From Halocafeteria seosinensis (Eukaryota): a stretch of DNA of 57,307 nt. The notes under the pieces are model-generated. The model saw nothing but the letters and a program-made list of their open reading frames with translations, did not search any database and was not told the origin of the DNA. This document shows positions 45,258-57,307 of this stretch, piece after piece. The stretch is taken from positions 62,001 to 119,307 of the forward strand of contig LVLI01000150.1 in assembly GCA_001687465.1 (NCBI GenBank), in the 5' to 3' direction. Position 1 is the first letter of the stretch. Each line of letters opens with the position of its first letter. Both the position numbers and the translations under genes were made by a program.

Positions 45258-47952
45258 ATGAAATCGGTAACTGGTAAACAGGAAGTTCGCCGTGATGGCA
45301 GGCGTCATTCATTCGGAAGCAGTACCACGGGGAAGTTTTCGATCGCGCATTCTTCCTCAAGGAGGCGGCATTCCTTGACAGATCCTTTGATAAGTGATAA
45401 TCTTTCAGAGAATCTTCACATAAGTAGTTCAGGAGCGTCTGCGTCCGGAGGTAGTTCCCCACCGGTAACAACAGCGTGGACAAGTAGTGAAGATGGTGTC
45501 GAACAAGGTACAAGGAGAGCTCGAGTTCCCTCACCAACTTCAGCATCCCTCAGCACGGCCCCTGCCACCCCGAAACACCCCGAAGACACTGCTTCTGACT
45601 CGATGGAGGAGCGTAAGATTGTTATTGTTGCTACGCCCTCTGACCGGCAGACGAATCAGTCGCGGCAAGCTACCACGACCCCGGTTACATCTGCCTCCGA
45701 TGTTGAGCCAGACGAAGAACCAGAGAGCGCCAACGAATTTCATAACAAAAACCTTTATGATACAGTATTTAGCAACTTTGATACACCAATGATCGCCAAT
45801 AACGACAGGACTTGGAATGTGGAATACAATGAAAGTGCACTCCCTCGGAGTTTTATTAGCAGCAGGCACAGAGTGTCTGGTACGTATAAGGCATTGTATA
45901 CATGGCTCAAACGAAGTTTACAGCATTGTGTGGGAAAATTGCAGGTTTACAAAACTTGGGAAATAGCTGTTTCTTCAATTCAACCGTGCAGAACTTGCTG
46001 AACACGGAGCTACTGGCGAGCTACTTCCAAGAAGATCGACACTTCTTGCCTAACAAGAAACCTCAAGGTAAATTAACATCCGCGTTGCATCAGATGTTTC
46101 TGCAGTCTCGTAGTAGTGGAAGTGTTTCTCCCCGTAATCTATTCTCGGAAATATGTCGTTTTGCTCCTCGTTTCCAAGGCCGCGCACAACAAGGTATGCC
46201 AATGCCAGCATATAGATGAGTCACGGAACATTCACTGTTGTATACCCATCCCCCGCAGATGCTCACGAACTGCTTCGGTTTCTCCTAGATGGCATTCATG
46301 AAGAAACCTTAAAGGAGAAGAGGGAGGACAAAAAATTCGAACGTTCCGCAAATGATCTACCAGATGAGTCGGAGCCAATGGAACCCACGGCGTCGGCGAA
46401 CGACTCTTCTGACGACTCGAGCAACTCCGCAGATCCACACTCGTACAACGAGGAACCCGAGTTACGTTCGGAGAGTACACCGCAAGCGACAACCTCAGAT
46501 GTCTCCGATTCTTTCTATGGATCCCACAATAGAAGGACGTCCTTTATTGAGCGGATTTTTGCCGGGAAGCTATGCAACATTATTACCTGTCATCAATGTC
46601 TGGAGTCTTCCGTCACGATGGACCCCTGTTTCGACTTATCTGTGCCACTCTCACACGATCCGCAAGGCGCTAAGGAGAATGGAAAGAAAAAACCGTCGGG
46701 GTATGTTCCGGACGACGTCAAGCAGTCTATTAGACAGATTACGATACACCCAAAAAAGGAAGCTAAGAGCCGTAAGAGTAACGCTCAGACGGGACAAAAG
46801 ATGAAGAATGCTGAAATGGCTCGTCTGAAAGCCTCACAAAATAAATTTGGGACTCCGAAAAAGAATCCGAATAAGGAGGCGAAAAAAGAGAGCTTAACTA
46901 AAAGGAAAATTGTGGATAGGCTTCGGATGTCTGGCAACGCACGATTTCTGGAAGAGAACGGACTTCTGCATACCGACCCCCAAAAAGCGGCAAAAGAATT
47001 TTCACGCGCAGAGCTTTTAAGGCTGTTGGAACAGTGTCAAACTGGAAGCAAGCGTAGCGACTCAGAGGAACAGCTTAGTGCTCAGGAGGATACAACAACA
47101 GCAGCTGCTACAGGAAGCTCGGAAAGCTGGGACAGGGACCCTCCGGAACCGGAGAGTTCCAACCCATCGATGTATCAGGTCTGGAATGCTGTGATCCTTC
47201 GACATAGCTTGATCGCTCCACTACCATGTGCTATAAGTGGACGGTCCCCGCCCTCGCCGTGGCCTCCTTTACGAGAACTAAATCAGTCACAATTCGTAAG
47301 AGAAGGAATTACTGTTGAGACGGACCCTCCTTACACATTTACTTCTGGTACTTTGGAAGCGTGTTTGGCACTCTTCAGTGAGCCAGAATTGCTGTCTGCT
47401 GAAAAAGGAAACGGTTACAGGTGTGAAAAATGTGGCCACGTACGGAAGCGCGAACTTGATAATATGATACGAGAGTCGTCTTCAAATGAGTTAGAAAGAC
47501 TCAAGGAAGAATACTGGGAGATTGATCGTAAAGAGGGAGTCTTGCACGACGCGACGAAACGAATGCTTCTGTGTAGTCCTCCGCCCGTATTGACAATACA
47601 TTTGAAACGCTTCCGTCCAACCCGCAGCGGATTCACCAAGGATAACAGCCCTGTTAGCTTCCCTCTTAGCTTAGATATGTCACCTTTCTGTGTTAGCAGC
47701 AACCCGCCAGAGGTGTCAGAGAAAGAAGCGCTGGCGTTGCTGCAGCGTGACCAGTTGCAGCAGCCGGTTAAATATGAATTACAAGGTCTAGTTGTGCATA
47801 GTGGCGGAATGAAAGGAGGCCATTACGTAGCATATATCAGGACAGAAAACCAGTGGTACTATCTGTCAGACACAACGGTGCGACGTGTTACGCAGCAGGA
47901 TGCTCTTAAAGCGCAGCCATACCTCCTGTTCTACCAGCGGGTAAGAAACTGA
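45258..47952 (+). CDS. Ubiquitin-specific protease (peptidase C19, USP16/45-like); introns ~45880-45944 and 46194-46258
   Basis: Cys box GLQNLGNSCFFNS, QQDAHELL, CxxC pairs, LTIHLKRF, His box HSGGMKGGHYVAY, SD, YLLFY. Confidence 0.95.
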
Positions 47953-47963
47953 ATCGATGGCAT

Positions 47964-50900
47964 CTAGGAATTGTCGGGTCTAAGCACGTACAGCAAGTCG
48001 TCTTTCGCCACTATTGTATCCGGTCGGGGATTAGTGTAGACATAGCTGAGTAACTGGTCAGAGTTGCGGAATGTTCGGGGAATCGGCTTCTCTTTCAATA
48101 ATTCAGCCAAGTCTGGTCTGTTGAGGAGGGGATACTTAGATCCACTCTCCCCTGTAAGGTTTCTATCAAATGGAGACACCTGGCGATACAATCCAAGACA
48201 TAGTAAATCGTGCTCTCGAAGCAAAACTTCGAATATTTCGGCATAGGATTTATCAGGATGATTTTCAGCGGACTTAGTCGATTCTTGATGCTCTCTAGAG
48301 CGTGTAAATCTTAGCACATGGTGATTACCATGGGGGGATCTTTGCAGGGCATCGTTGGCATTCTTTCTCAATAGATCCTTCCACGGCATCTCCCTAGTAG
48401 AATGATATTCAAGATTGTGCAACACATCTCGTACATGTAAAACCATTAATTTCTGTTTTCGGCTGGCCCGTACCAACCGCTTCATTAAAGAAACTGCGTG
48501 AATGTTGAAATACTGCTCTGAAAGTAGAGCATCCAAAGTCGTTCCACTAAATGCTCGTCCACTTGCAAACGATGGAGCAGCAAATATATCCTCCTGGGTC
48601 TTTCTCAAACGCTTTCGCTTTTGTTTCAGATTTAGGACTGGTCTTTCGAGTAAAGTGACATCCTGATCAGTCGGGTAGTGGTCTTTTGGAAGAGTTGGGT
48701 AGGTTCCAGTCCGCTCTTTGCTTTCAGCGATGTGGTAAGATGGCACGATTTCGTTTTCCCCTGCATGTCCAGAAAACGGCGGAGTTTGCGGTACGGAAGA
48801 AGCCAGACGGGAGCGTTGGCGCAACCCATTATTCAAATGTACTTCATCTTCGTGGCTCCCCTCGTGTCTGACATATTTCGAAGCGTCACCGGTCGACATG
48901 GCCCGTCTTCTAAGTGTATTACCAGAAAGGATTCTTATAGGGGCTTCGAGCTGCATTCGGTCGACAGATGCATCATGCCACTTACACCGCAGAGAATTCA
49001 GCTTCAATCTATCAAAAAGATTCCTGCTTTGCTCATATGAAAAGCTGTACTCCTCAAGGAGCCTGTATCTTTTTGTATGATCTTCCCAAACCAAATTCTT
49101 TGCAATAAAACTGGACGTGTTTGCTGCTACCGCTGACGCAGCAACCTTCCGAGGATGTGGGGCACCTTCCGATCCCTTGACCGTATCATCTTCCGAACTT
49201 GTGTCGGTCTCCATAGCTTCCTCAGCAATATTCGCCTCGTGGGCCTGAGCCAGTTCGCTGCCAAGCTCTTTCTTTTGCGCGCTGTGATCAGCTTGTTTCA
49301 AATCAAGAAGGTTAGATGCATCCCGCTGATCTTCCTTATCTTGGCTATATTCAGAACCGTTCGAGCTCTCCTCAAAGCTATCGAGTCGCGAATTCGCACG
49401 ACTAGCAAAACGCTTTCGGAAATAGTCAGTGTGTTTTTTCGACTGGACCTTTGCACTTTGCTGCGTTTCGCTGAGCCTGCGACGTGCTGCTTGCACCTTA
49501 CGGCAAAGGTTTTCTACAAATCTAGCGACACGTTCCCCTGATTCAGCAAGGTCAGTTCCCATCGGTCTCAAGTACGACGCATTGGCACCTTGTATGAGCT
49601 CCGTTACAATATGAAGTGAGGGGTTTAGTTTATGCACTAAGCAAGCAACGGAAATAGCATCGATATCATGGTTAAGAGTAGACGTATTCTGGGCTGCTGA
49701 CCCACCGGATCCAGCCAACTCTCCGCCTGACGATTGGCCTTGAGACTTTTGGCCGCCAAATGTCGTGCGGCGAGTGGTCAATACTGTGCAAGCTTTAGCG
49801 GTAAGAACTCCAGCCTCTACCAAGTCTTCCATTTCTAGCGGACTCCCGTCGAGCCACTCTACATCGGAGAGCCACGCAGATGTTTGTCCATGCATGTGAT
49901 CCAAAAGCTTTTTATCCGGACGAAGATCTGTGGGACACAAAATCACGACCTTAAAACTTATTTCAGGAATATGCCCGTCCGCTTGGTTCAATGAAACGAA
50001 TGGGGACCGAGTAATTGACCTCAATGCTCTTAACAAAAGACCGATGTTCTCATTGGCGCCGCAAATGAGAATGTGGTCGGAGTATTTGGAGCTCTTGAGT
50101 TTCGATGCACTTCTATCGGAGAAGACGGTAAGGGTTTCTAGCTCTTGAGGAATTCGTGCCGTGGAAGAAGCCCTCTCACTTTGAGTTTCCGCGGAATTAC
50201 TTCGCAGAAGATCGCGAGGTATACTTGTCTGGGCCGGACCAGCGATCCGAGAGGAATATACAGGCGCAGGCCCCGTTCGATCAAGTATGTTTTCAGCCGG
50301 CGCTAGCCGGCTGAAAGGGACTGGGGGTATTTCACTCGCTCCAATGTGACCCCACATGTTTCGCAGAGAAGGTCGCGTAGTACGCAGCCCTTTTCTTGGT
50401 ATTCCGTTGCTGGAAAGGTGCGCAGCTTGAGATACAGTTCGGTCGTATAGTGGATGAGGCTGACTCCTACTCGATGGTTCCGGTACCGACAATTCTTGCA
50501 GACGCCTTGAATTTTGTTTAACTAGTTCTCCTGCTCTCCATCTTCGAAGTAAATCGTGGGGCCATGGATATGTGTTATCATACTCAGCACTGGCAACAGA
50601 ATGTGCCACGAGAGGTGGTACTTCTCTCTGCTCATAGTACCGCGCGCTTGCTAGGATCTGATGATCCCGATGTTCAGCCTCGCTCCAAGATAGCTCTGCA
50701 TCTTCCTTGTCAGAGCGCTTCATCCTCTCTTCCACCATTTCTGCGGAGACCTGCTGAAAATGTGCTCCCCGAAGTTTAACATATCTACTTCCGAGTTGTT
50801 TCTCGACTAGATCCACTACTTCATCGTCGAATGCCAAGATGTATAAACTGACAACATTTCCTTGTTCCAAGAGCAAATTTGATGGGAAAAGAACAACTTC

Positions 50901-53132
50901 AGCATTCATATACGCCTCCGCAGCAGACGGAACATCATGTACTGAGGACCTTCTTTTGAATTTCTCCGGTTGTCGGCAATGCAGTTTCGCCCCTATAAGC
51001 AAAACAGCGTATCTTAGGTACAACCACCTAGCGGCGGCTGCAAACGACCGTCCCTCAAGTCCAGTGTTTAACGGGATTTCATATAATTCTTGGGAGAAAC
51101 CTTCTTGGTACTCCTGTTCACCAACGTCCGGCATTTTCATAGTTAGACGCGGTGGAACAGGTAGTACGGGAGGCATTTCATCAGGTAAACGTGGAGTTGA
51201 ACGGGGATTAATATTAAACGTTTTCCCTCCACCATCTACCTGATAACTGGAATCAGCATTCCTAACCACATGATACGGCAGTCTCACCTCTTCTGCAGCA
51301 TATGTAGGAGGAATATACAGACCCTTCCTCGATCTGATTCTCTTGGTCCTATACCATATACTTTGAAAGTGCTGACGAACACGAGCCACCATCGTTCTCC
51401 AGGTCCAGTTCGATTCCTTCTCAGTCGTACGTCGCCCTTGATGCACCATATTTGTCAACAGCGTCGGTAGTCCAGGTATCACGAGCCCTATTCCGACTAG
51501 AGTCATCGATAAGTTTGCGACGCTGATACTCGTATCTCCAGCTCCCCAGCCACTAAGACCCAGTAGGTGCTGTCGAGCCCGGTGTCTCCTTAGCTGGGCA
51601 TAAACTCGAATCTCAGGGCTATACCGCTTTACGGCGAGACACGATGCAACAACTTCAGCATCAGCGGACACTGGATCCATATCAATAGCCCGATGAGCAA
51701 GTACAATGCATGTCGAGGCTGCATACGTTCCCGCACGGTCCAAATCCGCTTCAGACTGTGGGTTCCCTCGAATGTACGTCACCTGATCTCCGAACCGATG
51801 CTCATCCAAGATTGACCGAAGCTCGCCTTCAACTTTTTGGGGGGCAAGAACGACCACATGTGGTATTGCTATTGGGTCTCTTGAAGGATGAATTAATTGG
51901 GCAAGAAACGCCCGCAATCTAGCTGGGTTGACATCCCCACACAAGAGCACATGCGGATGGCGAAGGCTCCCTTTGAAGGATTTCCGGTCACTCGAGTCTA
52001 CCCACAGTTTGATAACCTGCAACACAACGAGTAGTGCGGACTTGGAGAGGGGCATGTAAAGTTCTTGTTGGACAGCGTACCTGGGCTAAGATAATCGGAA
52101 TTGAGGTGACAGCGACGAACACGACGATGACCAGAAATATAAATGTAAACACAGATTGTACCGGCGCCATGGGTCTACCCACTACCACCGAAGTCATATA
52201 GTATAGAGCTTCATGGAATGGTACTAGTTCCCCTTCTTCTATCGTCTCGAAAGCCTGCAGCAAAACCCCTTCGAGTAGATAAAACATTGCATTCTTACCA
52301 GAGTGCACATGGACAGACATACCTGATAGAAGCCTGAAGCTACGAGTATAATCGAGAAAACAGTGACACCAAGATAGATGATTTGCTGTTTCAGAGAAAA
52401 GGAGGTGGCCAGCCTCGCTAACCGTATCAAACGTATTGCTCGGAAAACGCGGAACACCTGAATTGCCCGTCTAACGTTTTCCGATCCTACCGATATCCCT
52501 CCGATTAACTGCTCCAAGAGTAGCCCAATAAACACTGGAGCAATCGTAATGAAGTCGATGAAACTCCGGGAGGTTAGGAAGAAATCCAGTCGATCCGAGG
52601 CCAAATAAAATCGGAAGAAGAAATCAAACAGGAAACAAGTGGCTAAAATGATTTCAACAATGAATTCCCACGTAGGTACTGGAGCTCCTCTGCGCGGGGC
52701 ACCACATTCCAACGATACTTATTAGTGGACGAACGGCAGAAACAGAACTACGTACAATTCGCGATAGGAGGCCACAATGTAGATCAAGAACGATATCATG
52801 GAGAGAATCGCTTGCACAACGTCCATCCACAAGCCGATATTGGTGTGCACATAAATGTACGCGGAGAGCTGCTGTCGAATCGACACTTGCTGCTGCTGCT
52901 GAGGTGTCGCTGCCAGTTTGCCTGAGAACAACTGCTGAGGTCTCGGTGTCTCTTTGCGACACAAGCGCACCGAGTGAATACCGACGATGACGCTCAGGTA
53001 GAGCCCCACGAGACAGCTCACGAGAACGAGCAAATCGGCAGCTGCCTGGCCTACATCGGTCTGATCCAGGAACCTCTTATAGCCGTGGTACAGGCCCTGG
53101 ACAGCCCCATCAAAGGCCCCCTCCCCCTCCAT
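47964..53132 (-). CDS. BK/Slo-like channel subunit (S0-S6 plus two RCK domains) with a non-canonical pore; multi-exon
   Basis: S4 FRVFRAIRLIRL, HVLLCG (RCK1), IPGLPTLLTNM, HILICG (RCK2), IVTELI, FASGRAF, LCLGLYR, YVYTNP. Confidence 0.88.
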
Positions 53133-53338
53133 GATGAGCAAATGCCTCTTCCGAAAAGGGTTGTTTTACAGCCGTCGTTCAATACATGAGAGGTATATCT
53201 ATATGGGTGAATACATTAAACTGATTGGGCGATGACACCTGGTATTTTGACAATACAATCAGCAGAGACAGACTGAGATGGCGAATTTGTTGGCGTGGCC
53301 CCTGCGTAAAGCAGCTGTATGTATCATACATTCGAAGA

Positions 53339-53917
53339 ATGCCATTCTTCCTTCAATTATTGCCACTATTGAGCCTGCAGACACTGCCTCTCATTGGGCT
53401 GGGATTGGGAGCGGCAGGGGCCTATTATGGAGCGTATGATCTATCCTACAAAGCTGCCTACACCGTGCTCTATCCTGTGATATACAAGCAAGGAAAGAAG
53501 ACGGCAGATGACCAAGCGCACAATCAGAAAGCCAAGCGCTATGGGTTCCTCACAGGAATGGCTACTGGCTTGGGATTTGTCTCCATAAGGGAGCTATTTT
53601 TTCTACCGCATATGCCTCCGGCACCACAGCTTCCAGTGGAAGATCAATCGCTTCAATTAACAACGAAGGTACAGAATGCATGGACCATGGCACGTCACAC
53701 TATCAAGCACTACCCCTATAAATTTAGGGCGATCAACGTCTTTGCCGCGGGAACTTTGGCCGGCCTTGCACATTTAGTCGGTGAACAATATTACATCTCC
53801 TCCCACGACGCTGCATCAACCGCGAACGATACCACCAAAAACCAGAATACTCAGCCGAGCAATGAAAGCACAAGCGAAGGGAACACCGGCTCCAAATCGT
53901 CCAATGGACATCCGTAA
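53339..53917 (+). CDS. Hypothetical small multi-pass membrane protein
   Basis: ORF from ATG 53339 with three Gly-rich hydrophobic segments; no family recognised. Confidence 0.6.
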   Translation: MPFFLQLLPLLSLQTLPLIGLGLGAAGAYYGAYDLSYKAAYTVLYPVIYKQGKKTADDQAHNQKAKRYGFLTGMATGLGFVSIRELFFLPHMPPAPQLPVEDQSLQLTTKVQNAWTMARHTIKHYPYKFRAINVFAAGTLAGLAHLVGEQYYISSHDAASTANDTTKNQNTQPSNESTSEGNTGSKSSNGHP

Positions 53918-54001
53918 ACAACAGAGTACTGGCCGTTGGAATGACTTGTCGGAATAAGCACTTACGATGTTTCTCAACAACGACTAATTCAGCAGCCCGG
54001 C

Positions 54002-56452
54002 TCAACGCTTCCGCTGCCATTTGTGAGCAGCGGTGACTCCTTCATTTCTTAAGAAATCAATGATTTGATCCCGTGGACAGTTTATGCCATCTTCTTTGGC
54101 CACTTCGACTACTTCTGTGACATCTACAGCTTCAAAGGCTAGCATCCTGTCGTATAGATCGTTTCGCCGCTTGATGCAATTGCGTAACGCCGAGTAAGTG
54201 TCGTCGGTAATTGCGGATTTGAATCCGTTCCGTTTCTTCCTGCCGTAAGCGTCTGCTAATGCGTCATCTGAGCTAGGGAGCGGTGCGCGGGAAGAAGCAG
54301 CTGCACGGCTTCTCTTTGTCGACGTGGAGGATTGGGACTTGTTCCCCGAAGCTGAAGCGTGTCCGTTCCTGCGCCACTCTAGCCACTCTTTTCGAAAGTC
54401 AGATGAATGCAATATCTGTGCCCTGTTAGTTTGGAGATAATTCCAAATTTCTTCTAATTGTTCGATCATCTTTTCTCGACTGCGCGCCACGAGACCGTAT
54501 TCTGTTACAAGCTGTTTCAGCTCCACGTAGCTGTATCTTGTGGGGTCATCGTAGGGTGGACCCTTATCTGTGTGTGCCACCGCCGTCTCACTTCGATCTG
54601 GGGATTTCGTCTTATAACGTTCGACATCACTACTAGAACTGGATTGCTGGAAGTCCTGGTTCAAATCCCTGCTTGTCGATGCACTGGACGCAAATACACC
54701 ACCTCGCCAAAACGAAGATGGCCCTGCGGGCGGTTCCAGTGAATCAGAAAGTTGAGGCTCAGTGTCCTCCTCACCTCTTGCGCTGGTAAAACTCCCCGAT
54801 GATTCCGGAGATTGGTTTTCTTCTTCCGCGTTGTCAGAATAGATCGAAATCACGCTATTTTTATCTTCGTTAGCCTCTTTACTCTCTTCCTCCTTGTTCC
54901 ACTCGCCGAGTATGTCTTCCTCCTCTTCTTCCTCCTGCTCTTCCCCTTCGTTTACTGCAACATCACTAGGTTGTGTGAACATTCCTACAAGGCGATGGAT
55001 ATCTCCTTGACTTTGCGATATTGATTGCGATGATCCGGCCTCAGAAGCTGTTGCCGTGTTTTTTCCTTCTATGTGCTTGTTCCCAGCTCCTTCATGTCCC
55101 TCGTATGAAGATTCGGAGTCCGAAGAAGAACTATATGTGCGCTTGGTCTCTTGATTGGAACCCCGCCCACCTCCTGGAACAACATCAGTTGTTAGTTCGT
55201 CAATGTTATGCTCTCCTACATCCCATTCCGACTGGGTCCCTTGGATAGCTACATCATCTTCCTCACGTGGCGATTTGGAGATGCCTCTATGGCGATCGAC
55301 TTTGGGCTTGCTTCCTGACTCCGACGACTTGTTAGCAGCTTTACCAGTGATCTCCCATAGGGAACGATGCGTTGTTGCTTCCTCCTGATTAAACCGCGAA
55401 CTAGGGATATTCAGATTTCCTCTGTCGGGTTTGGCTGGCGAGGCCATCGGCTTCCAAGCTTTGCGAGACCCCTCATCGTTGCTTTCTTTCATCTCTCGCA
55501 GCAGCTCGCGTCGTTTCTCTTGCAACGAGCTGATCAAAGCGTCTAGTTCCTTAAGTTCTTTTTGTTTATCACGTTCATCCTTCTTTGTATCGCCGCCGAG
55601 AGGCTCATCATCTTCAGTATGTTCGGTGTCTGTCGAAGCAGCCGCCCCTCTTTTCGAAGCATGCGGCAATGGTTTATCTGCATATCTGGAACCTGTAGCG
55701 GGGGATCTGCTAGATCTTCGGGGACTGCTGCGAGTCCTCATGGGGCTACCCCTATTAACGTTACTCTCGGTTGTTGTATACGCTTCGTTATCATCGTCGC
55801 TGTTGTTGCTCTCGAATGAGGCAAACGTTTCGGCGTATTCCACATGAATGTCTGTTGCTCCGACAAGCACATCATGTCCTTGCTGTAAAACATACGAGCG
55901 TTTTGGAATCAGGTCCGCCTCTCCTCTCTTGGTCCCATTCGATGAACCTAAATCCATAATGCGTAGTTTAGGTGTGCTCTTGCTGTCATCCAGGAAAATT
56001 TTGGCATGCGTGCTTGAGAGCTCTACATCATTTCCCAGAACTAAGCGTGGTAAAGGTAAGACTCGAGACCTTCCAATTGTAATACCAGCTTTATGCCCGT
56101 ATAAGACGTAGCTAATTCCAAACTTCTTACTCCTCTGCTCTGTATGCTGTACTTGGAGAGTAACTCTGGCTGCTACTAAGCGGTCCGTCGGTTTGTTTCT
56201 GCGTGGTCTTGGGTTGGCGGAGGGCTTTTGTCCGTCTGTGTTGCACACGGCATCCTTGTCGACCCACCATTTCCTAGTTCCAGAATCGCTGTGAGAGGCT
56301 CGACTGCTGGTGCATTCCCTGGTCGATGAAGTGGTGGCAGACGCTGCAGAAGAGGGTGTCGGTTCATCCATGACAATAGCAACATCATTATCTTCCTCTC
56401 CTGTGTCGTCGTCGTCAAGATCAAGAACTATCGTGTCTGCGTTGTTGTTCAT
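54002..56452 (-). CDS. SLX4: SLX4-like scaffold with an N-terminal FHA domain and C-terminal SAP plus SLX1-binding domains; intronless
   Basis: FHA: ITIGR..LSSTHAKI..IMDLGSSNGT; SAP: ELKQLVTEYGL..SREKMIEQLEEIW; C-terminus LRNCIK...LYDRMLAFEAV...IIDFLRNEGV. Confidence 0.72.
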   Translation of the reverse strand: MNNNADTIVLDLDDDDTGEEDNDVAIVMDEPTPSSAASATTSSTRECTSSRASHSDSGTRKWWVDKDAVCNTDGQKPSANPRPRRNKPTDRLVAARVTLQVQHTEQRSKKFGISYVLYGHKAGITIGRSRVLPLPRLVLGNDVELSSTHAKIFLDDSKSTPKLRIMDLGSSNGTKRGEADLIPKRSYVLQQGHDVLVGATDIHVEYAETFASFESNNSDDDNEAYTTTESNVNRGSPMRTRSSPRRSSRSPATGSRYADKPLPHASKRGAAASTDTEHTEDDEPLGGDTKKDERDKQKELKELDALISSLQEKRRELLREMKESNDEGSRKAWKPMASPAKPDRGNLNIPSSRFNQEEATTHRSLWEITGKAANKSSESGSKPKVDRHRGISKSPREEDDVAIQGTQSEWDVGEHNIDELTTDVVPGGGRGSNQETKRTYSSSSDSESSYEGHEGAGNKHIEGKNTATASEAGSSQSISQSQGDIHRLVGMFTQPSDVAVNEGEEQEEEEEEDILGEWNKEEESKEANEDKNSVISIYSDNAEEENQSPESSGSFTSARGEEDTEPQLSDSLEPPAGPSSFWRGGVFASSASTSRDLNQDFQQSSSSSDVERYKTKSPDRSETAVAHTDKGPPYDDPTRYSYVELKQLVTEYGLVARSREKMIEQLEEIWNYLQTNRAQILHSSDFRKEWLEWRRNGHASASGNKSQSSTSTKRSRAAASSRAPLPSSDDALADAYGRKKRNGFKSAITDDTYSALRNCIKRRNDLYDRMLAFEAVDVTEVVEVAKEDGINCPRDQIIDFLRNEGVTAAHKWQRKR

Positions 56453-57161
56453 AGTGTCTCTCACTCCCTGTTACAATACCTGTGCTATTTAAATAAATAC
56501 GCATATGCTTCCAACAGCAAGGTCAAATTTGCCACTATGACTATAAATGGTAGTGTTCCCCTCCCCACCTGTCATTCACCAACGGCATTCAGCTACTAAA
56601 CAGCAAGCCTTGAACTGTGCTGTGTAATTCAAATTACCCCCCAGCGCAATTTGGCGCGAAGTTCACAACTCCATAGGAAGTTCAGTTTCATTGCTGATAA
56701 AAGCGTACATTTTTCATTGCTGATGCGAATCGTAATCAATGAAAAAAAGGGAGTAAACAGAAATGCAATGAGGGGGTATTTTATATGGGACGGGAGAATG
56801 GCTGTGTCATTGTCCACTTTGGTCTTTGGAATTCTCGTACCTTGCTTGTCAAGGACGAGCTATCTGTAAAAATGCCAGTACTTGAGTTATATCATGAGAA
56901 CACAGTACCAACGATTCAACTACCGGTAGTCACCAAGTACTGAAGTATCGAAGGGTTAGGAGCCGTAATAGCACGCAGCCTGCTTGCAGAAGTCAGCTAA
57001 TATGCGTACATCAAGACTATTGCCAATTTGTTGGCAAATTCCACCTTGCCGTTTGCTACTAAGACGGAAATTGTATCCCTAATCTCATATTGAAGACTGC
57101 TCGTGACCGCATTTCTGACGACAATTTGAGCTGGTTAGTGTGCCAGTGTTCAGTACGGGCA

Positions 57162-57247
57162 CGTCGCTGCTTAGACGGGCGAATACCGCTCCTCGTTGTC
57201 GTTAAGACGATGCGGTCTTCTTTCCGACCGGGGGTTTATCTGTCACA

Positions 57248-57260
<13 letters not shown>
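57162..57260 (+). repeat. Dispersed ~95-bp element, copy B, running into the (GT)n microsatellite
   Basis: Homologous to 399-491, with a 6-nt insertion and scattered substitutions. Confidence 0.85.

Positions 57261-57304
<44 letters not shown>
57251..57304. repeat. (GT)27 microsatellite at the window end
   Basis: Perfect GT dinucleotide run followed by N. Confidence 0.98.
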
Positions 57305-57307
57305 NTC

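Noticed and set aside
57251..57307. Terminal (GT)n as a telomere
   Set aside because: A plain dinucleotide run attached to a dispersed element that also occurs internally at 399-491; more likely an assembly break at a microsatellite

Overview
Compact, gene-dense nuclear DNA of a microbial eukaryote. It has short GT-AG spliceosomal introns (mostly about 60-90 nt) and many head-to-head and tail-to-tail gene pairs; a protist origin, perhaps stramenopile-like, is a weak inference. I can support about 25 protein-coding genes: two tandem MAP kinases, KRI1, a PUR-repeat+RRM protein, V-ATPase B and H, a p101/p84-like protein, two divergent TALE homeobox genes, DPH6, an Mrr-type nuclease, an RCC1/SERGEF-like protein, a GT13 glycosyltransferase, a coiled-coil protein, NAXE, three tandem P2X-like channels, an RNase III+R3H protein, RPS13, an SmD3-like protein, TRM6, a USP, a BK-like channel, a small membrane protein and an FHA-SLX4-like protein. 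I saw no tRNA, rRNA or CRISPR. The best candidate for an undescribed system is the head-to-head BELL-like/KNOX-like TALE homeobox pair, a possible life-cycle or mating-type switch. Also notable: both MAPKs carry TED instead of TxY; the BK-like channel lacks the GYG filter; the P2X triplet is Dictyostelium-like; the RNase III protein appears to have one active and one dead domain; and a ~95-bp hairpin element ending in (GT)n occurs at both ends of the window. All family assignments come from motif recognition by eye, and exon boundaries were read manually. No database search was run.
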